Assembly: GCA_002269645.1 (NCBI GenBank)
Contig: NIVC01000268.1
Location: 400,071-464,070, forward strand
DNA from: Macrostomum lignano
Taxonomy: Eukaryota
DNA length: 64,000 bases
Direction of reading: 5' to 3'
In this document: one piece after another, positions 51,901 through 64,000 of the stretch
How the letters are laid out: each line of letters opens with the position of its first letter
How positions within the stretch are numbered: the stretch's first letter is position 1
The notes under the pieces: model-generated
Told to the model about the DNA's origin: nothing
The model's input: only the letters and a program-made list of their open reading frames with translations
Databases searched by the model: none
Made by a program: the position numbers and the translations under genes

Positions 51901-54900
51901 ATCAGAGGCCGTTGCTCGGTCCGATAGTGCGGATCGCAGGGTACCAGCTTTAGCAGATTCATTGCAACATCGACCACGCGTACGATGGACTTTGCATCTA
52001 GCAAATCTGAGATTCTCTCTTGACCTTTAAATTGATCAGCTAGTAGATTCACACCAGTAAGAAAATATTCGGTTGTAAGGCTGAGGTAGGCTTCCCGCTG
52101 CGTAATATAATCTAGCCTCTCACGGTCGTCATCTCCACGAGGATAACCAGCAGTACCGCTCTCGCGATTAGGCACCCCGCAACGACCTTCTTCCATTCGT
52201 TTAAACGGTGACTCGTCGCGGTCTTCCATCACAACGGAAACTGGTGCCTGGCTAGAAGTTCGAATTGCCGATGTTTTTTCCACTGGGCCCTCGAAGCCGC
52301 GAGCATTCTTTGCCAACAAATCGGTGTTGCACAGCAACTGTCGAACAGCAGTGCTCAGCTGCATCAGCATGCCAAGCTCGCTGCCGCCTTTTGCTTTGCT
52401 ACCTTCATCACGCTGGCCACTGTCTTCGGCCTGCTTGGCAATTTTCTTGAGATCGCGCAAGATGAATGGAAATGTGGCTTGCAGGATGCAGATCATCTGT
52501 TTGGCGCGAGTGGATTCTGGCGCATAAGAGACGACGGTAACACAGAGGCTGACGGCCTCGAGAACGTTCCAATTATTTGGATCATCCGAGTAGCAAAAAT
52601 CAACCGGCTTCAACGGTTTTGGTGCTTGAACCATTGACAGAATATCGAGCGCGTCCGTCTGCGTGTCCTCCGTAATGGACCATAGGAGTCGATACAGGCT
52701 TGACGGTTTAATTTTGTAAAACTCTGTCGGACTTGACTCCTTGGCATCGAGGTCAAGGCTGCTGGCTATGCTACCAAATAGCTGCAGGATGAATGGCGTC
52801 CGATGTAGGATGAAGAACTGCTTGCAGGCGCACTCGATGGCATGCGTCACCAGGCTGTTCTTCTGGCTCAGATTGTAGACTCGCAGAATGGTTGGTATGA
52901 TCCACACATATCCACTTGTGGCAAAAATTGTCTTGAAGTGCATGCAACAGTTTATGTAAGTTGCCAGACAGTAACGCAAGATTGAAGCGTCTTCATTATG
53001 CAGAATGAATGTTCCATTGATGACATTGAGGAATAAGCCAATATCGGAACCCCAAGGAAATGTAGGATTCATCTTGGAGAAGATTAGGCCAACTAGCTTG
53101 CTCCAGGAGAGCTTATGAATCAGATCTAGGCCCTGCAGCTCCCTACCAGTCTTGCCGTTGTAAAGTGAGAACTCAGTTTCTAGAGCCTTTCTAGGAAATG
53201 ATGGCAGTTTGGACAGCTCCTCATGCAGGAAGTAGGCATGACTGGCTGTTTGCGCAGGCGAGGTGTGTCGCAGTACCGAGTAGGTAAGCAATATCTTTCC
53301 GATTTCGACAAACTTTAGAGTGAACGCGTGTTTCTGCAACTGATCATAAGCTTCCTCTGGTCCCGCTTCACCAGGCTCAGATGCGGTATGTGATTCCTCT
53401 TGAAGAAGTAAAAGTCGCGAACGTAGTACATGAGGTTGTGCATCAGATCTAAAATTTTATGCGTTGGCATATGAAATGAATCTGTGTATCACCGTTTCAT
53501 TGATTCAACGGATCACTTATACTAGCGAGTACTATTATCAGTGCTGAAATTGGCTACTGTAAAGATTCATAATAAGCCCGTAATGAATTTGCCACATAAA
53601 ACGCAATAGCCAGCAGCTATGATTCAAATCCTCCCGAAAGAGCAATCGTTCGTTCCTTCTAATCAACAGAACAGATCGATCTGAAAAACGCACCTAATCT
53701 TATGCGTCTAGGATTCTAATCGTTAAAAATGGTAAACAGGATAGAAACTGCTAGAAAGAAATATAAATTATGATAAGCACTAGCTTGTTTGGTATAAATC
53801 ATAACGTTCTTGTTAGTCACCAGCTATCAATATTATCGAAAAGTTGCACTATAAAACCACTATAGAATACCATATTATAAATGTTTACCAATTATAACTG
53901 CTATTTATGCGAATGCATGCTGGTAATCATATTTTAGGGGAAATTGCAACTAATGCTTGTCCCTAAACTGAGGCGGATTATATTCTAAGCATTTTGTGAT
54001 CGATAATACAGGTGCAGTGAATCAGATAAAAAGCACCAGTTATCAATGATCAGCTACAAATATTTGTGCAAGTTAAAGCCACGCAGACTGAAAATTATTT
54101 AAAAGCAAGTGGTAAAGAGCTGCAGCTGAAGCAAAACAGCAAAAATTTAAACCCGTTTCCAGAAATTTTGACTCTAGATTTTTTAAGAGTTGTAGAGAAT
54201 TTTTTACTACATGATTGACCGACATGGCAAGCTTTAATATAAACTAAGTAAACTTTACAATGTAACTGGCCTCAGTAATCAAGGCTACACCATCCGAATG
54301 CCTGATATTTCCAGTAGCTTTTGTTTGATCTACTAAGAGCTAGGCTTGCTGATAAATCTTCGTAATAAAATCTAGAATTCTATGCGCAATCATCAACTAG
54401 TACACCGAGTGCTTGATTGCTTTATCTTAAATTCAATTTTAATTTTCTTCATCGATGGTTTTTTTAAGTTATAGTGCACACAAAGCAATAAATGATTGCA
54501 ACACGCAGAAATAATTCTGCTCCAACTGCAACCGCGAAGCTTCTGGCGATGATGCTTGCATTTTTGATTAAGCCAATCTATATTCAAACCTCGGTGTAAG
54601 AAATGTGCAGTTCAATCTAAGTGTCGCAATACACAAAATAAATTATGCAAACAAGCCCAAAACACTGCTGTTGATAGGGTCAAAAGAGCCAAAACGCACA
54701 TAAACTTTATTAAAAACAAAAAATAATATTTCAATGCTTTAGCAGTCCATTTTGAACTTAAAATGCAAAATAATCGCACTTGATAATAAAAAATTTCAAT
54801 ATAGAAACAATTCTGTCGATGGGACTCAGCTGAAAGTGGAGTTTAGAATGGTTACTTACAAAATCCATTTTTCTTCCGAACTTGCCGATGGTATAAGAGA

Positions 54901-57900
54901 ACGCGAGAAAGAAGAAAAGTGCATAGATAAGCCTCGAGTTTTGGTTAGTGCAGAAAAATAATAAAAGCGAAAAGTAATGAACATATTTTAATTAAATTGT
55001 AAGCATTAGTAAGTGAAGTAATTAAGGTAGTACTTTCTCGAGACTTATTGTCACTTAATTGAATCATTTGAGCACCACCGCAGATTGTTCAGGGCTAAAT
55101 CTATTGAAGCATTATTAACAAAGACGTATCAGTGCAAAGGGCGTATTGTCGTGTTGTAATGTAACTCATTAGGTAGCAATTCGATTGCAGAATAACAAGC
55201 TTGTTATGAATAATGGTGGCAAGGGACTGTGTTTCATTCCAAACTTTCATATTAGTCGTGCTTTTTAAGCAGCAGCGGTGCGTTTTAAAACTTAAACAGT
55301 ATTTGAACTATTTGTGCATCATACTATGTGGATGGTCATTTCAATGACAGAAAACACACTAAAACATTTTGTGCTACTAAACCCCTTTCGGGTACTTTTT
55401 TAATGCAAGTATGATTTTTGCAAGAAGTAGGTTTTACGGTCACTGGTGTATTAGTTTGTGCAAGAAATCAACAGGAACGACAGCGCCGAAATTCAGTTTG
55501 ACCGAAAAATTATCATTACACTATACTTATTGCAAACTTCAGTGGCTCCAAATCTAATAAATTAACTAGAGATTGCAACAGGGAACGTCTTTAGGCTGGG
55601 GGACCCGGCCGCCAAAGTCGCCCACTATAGAACACAACATGGGCCTCGGCATTCCCTCTATAAAGCGACAGAACTATCAGAAAATCTGAGATACTACTCG
55701 TACCTAATAATATAAGCAGTAAAGATTGGCCAATCGCACGCTTCTAAAACTAGTTATTTTTTAAATACAGTGCTGCAACACTAAGCAGCTATCATTTAGC
55801 GGACAGAAAAGGTAAAAGTCTGCGCACAAAAAAATAATAGACGGCTTTTTAAATACAAGCAATCAATGTGCTACCGGGATTGGGCGTTGTATTATCGTGC
55901 ATCTTTGACAATAAGAACTTATTTTGAACTAGTCGTCTTTTGTGATAATACTATAATGGCCCTATTCGTAGCAGTCTAATTCAAATTTGGTAACTCACTG
56001 CAGATAACAAACACTGAATTATTTGTATCAGATGCTGCAGGTTAAGAGGCAATGATTTAAATGGGAAGAAGTGTTGTGAGTTAACAATCTCTAGGAAATA
56101 GTATTTATCGAAGGTTTTAAAACAATGCACATAATAACCAATGTTTTTTTTAAATGAGTATATAAAAAACTTATTTTAAAACCCTTTGGTGTATGTAGGC
56201 AGAATACCGGTAGGCGAAACTTCAAGCTTTTGTTAAGGCGTTAGTATTGCATCTGGGTTGTATAGTTTTATATTCACTACTAGTTACAATTCTTCCCTGC
56301 TAAAAATCGGCTTTATTTGTGATTTATATTGTTTTAGATCATAGGAGTATAAACTTATTAATATGGGAAGTAGCAAACTCTTTGCTATTAAAGCGTTACT
56401 GTCATAGGACATAGCTTTATAGTACTTAAATTGTGTATATAGTCAAGAGTTAGAAAATTGATTAGTTGTTAGGGTGAAGGTATAGAAAGTTATAGCTGAT
56501 AATAAGGTAACTTTTAGGTACTTTAGAGCATTAGAAAAAAACGTCTAAGAGTGGCTATATCTAGATCAGTATCCGATAACATGGAGAAATGAACCCAATA
56601 AGGTAAAATAGACTTAATAGTAAACTTTCTACTATGAAGAATCAATTCGAATAAAAAAATACGTAAATATTAAAAAAAACCGAAGTTCCGATTGCCAGTC
56701 TTCTAATACTCATATGGCTGAGGCTACAGCGTCACGTACGAGCTACTTAGAATCTGAAACTTTTCCAACACCCCACGTACTTAGAACCTTCTTCATCTAA
56801 GCTATTATAATAAAAAAATAATTTAGACTAGTGAGAAACCGCTATTAATAATATTTAAAACTACTTTCGAGAGGAACGTTAGTAGTGAGGAAAACCCACA
56901 TTAGCATTCATTTCGAGATAAAACGTAAGACAAAATACACGTAAATTTACTTTATAAAGCACGGTGTAAGGAAGTTCATGCATTTGATTATTAAAAAAAT
57001 ATTAAACACTTACGCGACTTTGTGTCGCACAGGAAGTAAGATTCTTGGTCCTCCTCGATGCGGAAGAACTCCAAGCTGTCTTTGAGAATGTCTTGAAATC
57101 TGGTGTCCTAAAGTTCAATGTAAAGCAAAATAGTAGTATCTAAAGTATATTTAAATTTCAGTTAGAAAAGTGCTCAGAAATTTCAGCATTGGATACCTCC
57201 TGGATTATGTAGCAATTCGGCACGCTGGATAAGTCCGGACCATTCACGATGATCTTCTTAGCGCTGGGCACATTCGCCGTAATCATTAGCATTGGCTAAA
57301 ACGGATTTGCAAGTCAATATAAAGGCACTATAGAATTCATTACTATATCGAACTGCAAATGGTAAAGACTTACGTCGCACTGCTCTTTTCTAAGCGTCTG
57401 CTTTAAATCCTTGAACTGTATGCCCTGCACAAAGGGTACAATGTGCCACAGCAAGGACAGAGCGCCAGCGATGGCCTCTTGTCCGCCTTCCGATGGGGTG
57501 CGCACATAGAACATTACGTAACCGAGCTGAAAAAGGTAACGTTAAATTCCATTTCATTAGGTTTGTAGGATATAAAACTATTCTGCGACACAACACACTT
57601 CATCTTTAAAATATCTCCTATAGCTATATATGATTAAAAATACTCAGCATCAATAAACAGAAATATTTTCTGGAAGGAAGGTACTCATCATAGAAACTCA
57701 CAATATAGTTAAACATTGCGTGAGCCGCCTGTGGTGGCAGGTCAGTCAGTCGGACAATCAGTTTGCGCAGCACGAAGATTAATTCCTCCTGGAAAAAACA
57801 ATCATTGTGGCTACTGAGCAGTTCTTACTCATTTTATTAGGATGTTCTTGCTTGCATTGCTTGTTAAAGTACATTTAAACGGGTCAATAATAAAAACTTT

Positions 57901-60900
57901 CTACAAGGCGATGAAAAAAATACTGCTCTAAAACGTTTGCCTCTTGGTTTGAGCTCGGAAGAAAAGAATAACGCAGTGCTTTTTCTACGGGAGTTAATTT
58001 ATTTCCAACTGCCGTAATAAAAATCCGAGCATACGGATGGAGAAGTTTTCCGCTAAAGACTCCGTCTTTTTTAATGTTTCAACAGCATGCGACACATTTT
58101 TGGTATCTCAAAATTACAGCAATAAATATCAATGAATTCTGTTAATAATGCGAGCTCGCAAGTTTTCTTGTATAAAAGTAAATCAGGTCGTTTCAATATT
58201 TACAAGAGTGGGAAAGCAGTCTACATTAAAACGACTGAGTCGAAAAGCTAATTCTCTAATAAAAGCATTTCGATGGCGTGATCGCTTAAATGGCAATGAG
58301 TCGTTTTTAGCTCTGTTAGAATGTCACTTTGTACATGTAGGTCAGAACAATACGTCACTTGTGACGCGAGACTGCTCATGAGTCATTATACAGTACCTTT
58401 CATAAGTTCTTATGCAGTACCGTTCATAAGTCATTATGCAGTACAATTCATGAGCAATGACACTGTACCGCACATAAGCTATACCTTAATAGCGGCCACG
58501 CCACAATGCCTTATTATTGTAGCAAGAGAAAAGAAGAGAAAATTGGTTTCTAATTTACTTAGAACCAGCCTATGCGTCTTCGGGTATTTTAGGGGTTCTA
58601 TTATGGAAATTCAATAAAGTTTTGGTTTCAGATGAAGAAGGAAATTGAATTTGACAGGTGTCCGTCGAACTTTAACTAGATTTGACAGACAACCATGTCT
58701 GTAAAAATTTTACACTCGTTCAATTTGTACCTCTTCTGTTAGAGGCAGCAGTTGTCTGAGTGGCGCTGCAAGTTGCTAAAATTTTAGAAGATTACAAGTG
58801 GGTTGCCATGCAGCGTTACCCACGTGTGAAACGGTCATTTCAAAGCTTTATCAGTTGGCTACTAAGTATCACGTGCACTTGTGAGCCCCCTTAATACTTT
58901 TAAAGACGGATGCGAGAGGACTTTATGCATAGTGAAAGTGTCAAGCAGCTAGCTTCCAACTTTGGAATTCGAATGACTATGTAGTATCTAAAAAAATCGG
59001 TTGAATAATATTATGTCACATTTTGAATATAAAAACTTCGTCGGTACAAACATTTTTAAGTATGTGAACTATTTCTGAAGGTAGTTTTAAGGGAAATCAA
59101 CTGAGGAATACATGTACGAGTAAGCATTTTGAGTGAAGTAGAGACAGACTAATACTATATTGTCAAGTTAAATTCGGCTAAAAAGTGAGACTTAGGTTGA
59201 TCTAAAAGTATCATATTATTCTGTGTCAGTGATTCGCTTTTAAAATGTTTTTCTCGGGTGCTGATTAACAATATTTTCATTAGTACAATAGTAAGGACAG
59301 TATAGCGCAAGAAAAAATGTCATATTCACGAGTTATTAATTACTGCGAGTTGGTGTAAAATTTTAGAACTGAAGATTAATAAAGTTACTAATACAGATGT
59401 TTTAACCGTAGATTTCAGCTCATAGATAGCTAAAAACTAAAGTGAAATTTTCATAGTCGATTAAATAGCGTAGCATACATCGACTAGTTTTCTAAAGGAG
59501 TACATTCTTACCTGTCCCATTAGTGTAAATTCCTTCTAAATGATTGTCACATTAAGTCAATGGTAATTAATACTTTATAACAGCTTCGGAAATATAATAT
59601 GCGCTCGTATTTATACATATACTTTTCTTTATCTAGCTATTTTGAAAGATAATGATTCAAATAAATGATAATGCCGATGACAGATAAAACCAAAGAGCTA
59701 GAACCGTAAAAGAAATTCGATACTTAAACAAACGAAAATTTGCTGCAACTGCCAAACAATGAAAACTATAGAATCTGATCGAATCGTCGTAAATAAAGTT
59801 CTGTGAAATATTAATCTTACATTGAGTGTCAATGCGAGAAAATAATATAGTAAAGCTAACTATATATATATATATATATATGAAGCAGGCACGATAAGAT
59901 ATAACTTACCTTCTTATGCATTCTAGTTAGCTTTTCCAAGAAGTAGCGCAAGAACAAATTTGGATCTTCGACCAGCGAGCTCCATATTACTTGTCTTGCG
60001 ATTTGAGACACTAGAGTTGAAAAATGTCGACGTAGTTTTTGTTAGTATTTTTATTAAAGGTACAATACAAGCGTTTAAAGATTAGACACATAACAGATCT
60101 TGTTAAAACATTGGCTTTGTGTGATTTCGTGATGGGTAAGAAAATTTGGTAATATAGAAGAAAATTTCGAAATAATTGCCTAATGCCATGATAACGTGCT
60201 CTATTCATAATGACAACCGCACTAACGCTGAGCTACCTAAATATTTTAACAAGTTTGAACAGTTCCGTACCAGCAATTCCGTCACCGTTGACCTCGTAGT
60301 CGTCTAACAAGTGAATAATAGGCACCACTGCACCGCAGATGCAAGACGGAAACACACTCTGGGCCTGCTGAAGCGTCTGGGGCGTCACCGACGGCACTGA
60401 CATGACGCATTCTTCGTCTGTGGATCAAGGCAACAATTAATTCGTTTCTTATTCAACTGACTTTATTTTCGCAATAAAAAAATTGCTAAAATCGCAATTA
60501 TTTTTTTGCATATTTTAAATACAAAATACATGTATATGTGTTGCGACTCTACTAAATTGCATATAGAACATAATAGTACGCAGTACACAGGATATCTACT
60601 GTGCGATCACTTTATACCATTGAGTTGTATGGGTGTCGGCATGGTTTTTTGATTCACTGCAAGCGGGACTTATGCTTTGTAGTTAAATCTTATTTGAGGT
60701 GCCAAGCTTTTTTAGATAAGCATGTGTTTCAACGCAATAATAATGGAATTTTCTAAATAAATTCTGGGTCGTCCAAGTTTGAGTACTAGCTGTATTGCTG
60801 AGGATTTTAAAAAAATATATTTTAAGCAACGCCAAATCCTAGTACTAATTTCTACAGAATACAGTAACACCAGTAAACAAGGCCCTTTCAAAAGTACTAC

Positions 60901-62759
60901 GCTTCAAATTACAATTTATCCAAATATATGTAAATACTAATCAATAATAGAGAACAACATTCACATCTTTGAGCAGTCATATCGTTCATCGTTTTTTCGT
61001 TTTTTCAAGCCAGAAAGTTTGAAATTTTACTATGGTGGTGAGTCTTGGTTACGTATGTGCTTCATGTGGATATTTGGATTGGATGAAAAACCCTGCTTGT
61101 TTGAATGGCAAAGCAAAAACGACAATTCCATAGTTCGTTTGCCGACTAAAATTTACATTCATCGTACCGAGTACCAATGACAAAAGTGCACTTTAAACTT
61201 TCTTTTAAAACTAAAGATAACAATAAAAATAACATTTAAAAGATGAGCACGGCAAAAAAATCATTGGGAAAAATCTGAGGATGATGCAGTTGCGGGGTGA
61301 AAGTGGCAACTTGCATAAAATACTTTTGTGTCAGTGACTGTGAACTGGTTTTCGTTCAATTTTCGAGCACACGGTGCGGCCTGAGGACCGTTCAGTAACT
61401 AAAAAGCTATTTTGATCTATTTTGAATTGCAATGAATTCTAAACTAAAAGGACGCATTAAGTATGGTCAACTTTATGACAGATTATCCACGAAGACTTGG
61501 ATTTACAGATCAAAAACTTTCAAGCAGGATTTGTATCCTGCGAATAAGTACTTATGAGAGAAAAATCACGCTACAAGAAACTATGTATGAATTTGGAATC
61601 TTTTTGTTGGATAGATAATCTACATGTATTATTGAGACTTGAACAAAGAAAATGAACAAGCATACTAGATGAAATCAAATCGTAAAGTCGTTAAATACTA
61701 TTCAGAGATTGCTGCGTTCTAATTCTTCCTTATATGTCCTACAAATAACGACGAGTTATCATTCTTGACTAAAATGAACGACTAAGGTCCTGAACTGCTA
61801 ACTCGATGTTCTAACTACGACGCAATACTGCAAAGTGCAGCGTGTACCGAAAACCTGTGCGTGGCGTTATTATCTAAAATTCTCGTGAGTTGCTGAGCAA
61901 TGCCGGTTTTACATAGGTAAAACCGAAAGGCACCTACACACAAGGGTTAAGGAGCATTGTACAAGAGCTAGCACTGTGTACGACCACCTACTGATGTGCA
62001 ATCAATGTGCTGAAGTTAGAAATGCTGAGAAATTTGAAATTATCGATCGTAACCGCCAGAGTATGAAGTTGTCTACTCTTGAGACGTTGTACATTAAACA
62101 GCTAAAGCCCACCATGAACATCCAACTTGGTGGTAGAGGGGCGAGTGTCCATATAAGGGTGTTCTGACCCCATGCGCTTGCCTCTTATTTAGGGCCATCT
62201 ATCTCTGTTACCCATACTTACAATCATTTTGGCCTACTAGACTAAAAAAATTAACCATCTCTCTGAATCTATATTATTGCCTTGCCTAAAGATGCCGATT
62301 GTTCGGCGAAACATGTCGTGCAAAGATTAATTAATTGATTGTAATTTCGTACTATTCAAGATAAAATGCGAATGTTCGCTTTTGCTTTCGTTTTCCTGAC
62401 TTTCCTATTGAGACTTCAACTTAAATAATTTAGCTTTGCTTCAAATACATACTAGATTTTGAAATCAAATCATAAAGTCGATGAAATACTATCTTTTCCA
62501 ATCCGAGAATGCTGCGTCCTTTTAGTTGTTTTGACCTTATATCTATCTATGAAAATATATTAACGAAGAGAGGCGAAGAATTATGAAATTTTGACTGGAA
62601 ACTGACGATTGGCGGCTAGGCGAGCGTTCGCTCCAGCGCCAACTGCTGCCGCCGCCAAACTCGATGAAGTTGAAGCTGACGACGCCTTCAACTTGGACTG
62701 AAAGTGCATCGCGGTTGCTAAGCGCGAGGCTGGCTGCTGCTGTGGCGTCTGATTGCAGT
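45992..62759 (-). CDS. unc-80: UNC-80 homologue (NALCN channelosome subunit), 3' part; 5' exons lie outside the window
   Basis: Exons 62607-62759 (tentative), 60271-60417, 59910-60010, 57702-57788, 57374-57526, 57197-57295, 57014-57107, 50576-53448 (1-nt frameshift at about 53359), 47374-47479, 45992-46463. Motifs QSVFPSCICGAVVPIIHLLDD, VEDPNLFLRYFLEKLT, FKDLKQTLRKEQCD, LPSFPRKALETEFSL, LFLNVINGTFILH and ACKQFFILHRTPFILQLF match UNC80 as recalled. Confidence 0.92.
46828..47193 (+). mobile_element. tRNA-derived SINE, family 2, full-length with 10-bp target-site duplication
   Basis: Head GGGGGGCCGTAGCCCAGCGGTAGCGC...CTCGATTCC and A-rich tail TAATAAAAAAA. TSD GCGATTTGTC at 46818-46827 and 47194-47203. 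Confidence 0.85.
61860..62325 (+). mobile_element. Penelope-like retroelement 3' fragment (GIY-YIG endonuclease) with degenerate hammerhead motif
   Basis: Reads FYIGKTERHLHTRVKEHC...VYDHLLMC...FEIIDR...LETLYIKQLKPTMNIQ, typical of the PLE GIY-YIG C-terminus. A hammerhead-like motif follows at 62281-62325. Confidence 0.8.
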
Positions 62760-63399
62760 CTAAAAAAAGTTTTATATTTACACATAGTGCTTTGGCACAA
62801 ATATTTTTAGAGCCAAGAAATTCGGCCACTACGAGCGTATTTCGCAGGCGCCATAATAATTTTTCTAATGAATTGAAGCTTGTTTGACAATTACAGGAGA
62901 AACGGGAATCCAAATATCACTGAGAAATCATATCAAACAAATGGTGCAGTCTGTTTGAAACTGTGCGCATCTTAAAACTAAATAAAACCAAATCTCCAGG
63001 ACTAAATTTTGATTATACGAGTATTGAATTGAAGTAAACAACCAATTTAAAAAAATAGAATTCTGGTAGAGTAGCTCGCTTAATAAATAGGAATAAAATG
63101 AATGACAGAACAAACATTAACTTGTTTTTATTTACTTTAATTTAATTGCCAATGCATTACGACCCTTGTAGGTCATCGTCAGGGCAGTAATGAAATTGAA
63201 AATTTTAATAAACAGTTGAATAAATATACCTGTAATAAGTTGAATACACAATATAAATAATGTACGTAGTTTTCAATTGAAACAAGTTCTAACACACGGT
63301 GCAGTAGCGTACACTCCAAGCTAAAACACGCTGAGTTGGCGGCTGGCACCCCCCCATAGCTAGCTGGCAGTTTAGGTTCGGGTTCTGATCTTTGATGTA

Positions 63400-64000
63400 C
63401 ATAGCTCCTGGAAACTGTTTCATGATGAGGTGGAACAGCTTACTGGCTATCTCATTGGGAATGGTTACCCAGGAACTATGTGTCTCGCATTCTGAACCAG
63501 TTTTTAAATAACAAGCTGACTAATCAACAGAGCACTCAGGAGGAGAATGCTAGAGAAACTAAGAGCCCTACGATTGTGTTGCCGTTTTTCAGCCTGTGGT
63601 CTACTGAGTTCAAGAAAAAAAGTGGAAAAACTGTTCAAAAAAAGCCTCAACGTGCAGCTTAGGATCATGTTCCGCACGGTGTCCCAGTATGTCTGCAACT
63701 TGAAGTCCCGTGTGCCTCGGCCTCTCAATGCGGGTGTCGTTTATAAATTTCATTGCGCTGGTGACCAGAGTATTTCGTACATCGGAAAGACTAAGCGACA
63801 CTTGTACACTAGGGTCAAGGAGCACTGGACCAAAAGATCTGCTATACAGGAGCACTTTCTCACATGCAACTAATGCTGTAACAGGAAACCGATTGATTTA
63901 TTTAATATTATCGATTCCTCCCGCCATGAGCACACTTTGAACATCTTAGAGGCTGTTTATTAAAATTTCAATTTCATTACTGCCCTGAAGATTACCTACA
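63400..64000 (+). mobile_element. Penelope-like retroelement fragment (GIY-YIG region), with frameshift and stop
   Basis: Reads IVLPF...(frameshift)...GVVYKFHCAGDQSISYIGKTKRHLYTRVKEHW..SAIQEHFLTCN*. CTGAAGA occurs at 63985-63991 near the window end. Confidence 0.8.

Noticed and set aside
50647-52527. Short ORFs overlapping the large unc-80 exon, and 46012-46442 over its last exon
   Set aside because: They are shadow ORFs of GC-rich coding sequence with no independent features.
58148-58381. LIKAFRWR resembling the N-terminal region of Penelope-like ORFs
   Set aside because: The match is too short to support without a profile search.

Overview
Eukaryotic, intron-rich and very repeat-rich genomic DNA from an invertebrate animal. 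The satellite load and the WSC/PAN and three-finger gene types suggest a free-living flatworm such as Macrostomum, but that is inference. Genes rebuilt by hand from splice sites and reading-frame phase: (1) the last three exons of AASS, saccharopine dehydrogenase part (+, 1413-5842); (2,3) two tandem four-exon genes for secreted, probably GPI-anchored proteins with two three-finger (Ly6/uPAR-like) modules (+, 7820-9860 and 12295-15727); (4) a two-exon secreted WSC + PAN/Apple protein (+, 17890-19299); (5,6) a head-to-head pair of SLC26/STAS anion-transporter paralogues (-, 20179-28107; +, 33745-42986); (7) the 3' part of unc-80 (-, 45992 to about 62759). Most long introns hold their own minisatellite. 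There are also tRNA-derived SINEs, foldback/MITE elements, a Crypton-like tyrosine-recombinase relic and Penelope-like GIY-YIG relics, one followed by a degenerate hammerhead ribozyme. The most striking result is that both SLC26 paralogues share a rebuilt anion-binding pocket (prestin F137->Q, S398->A, R399->C equivalents). No CRISPR array, rRNA or true tRNA gene was found.
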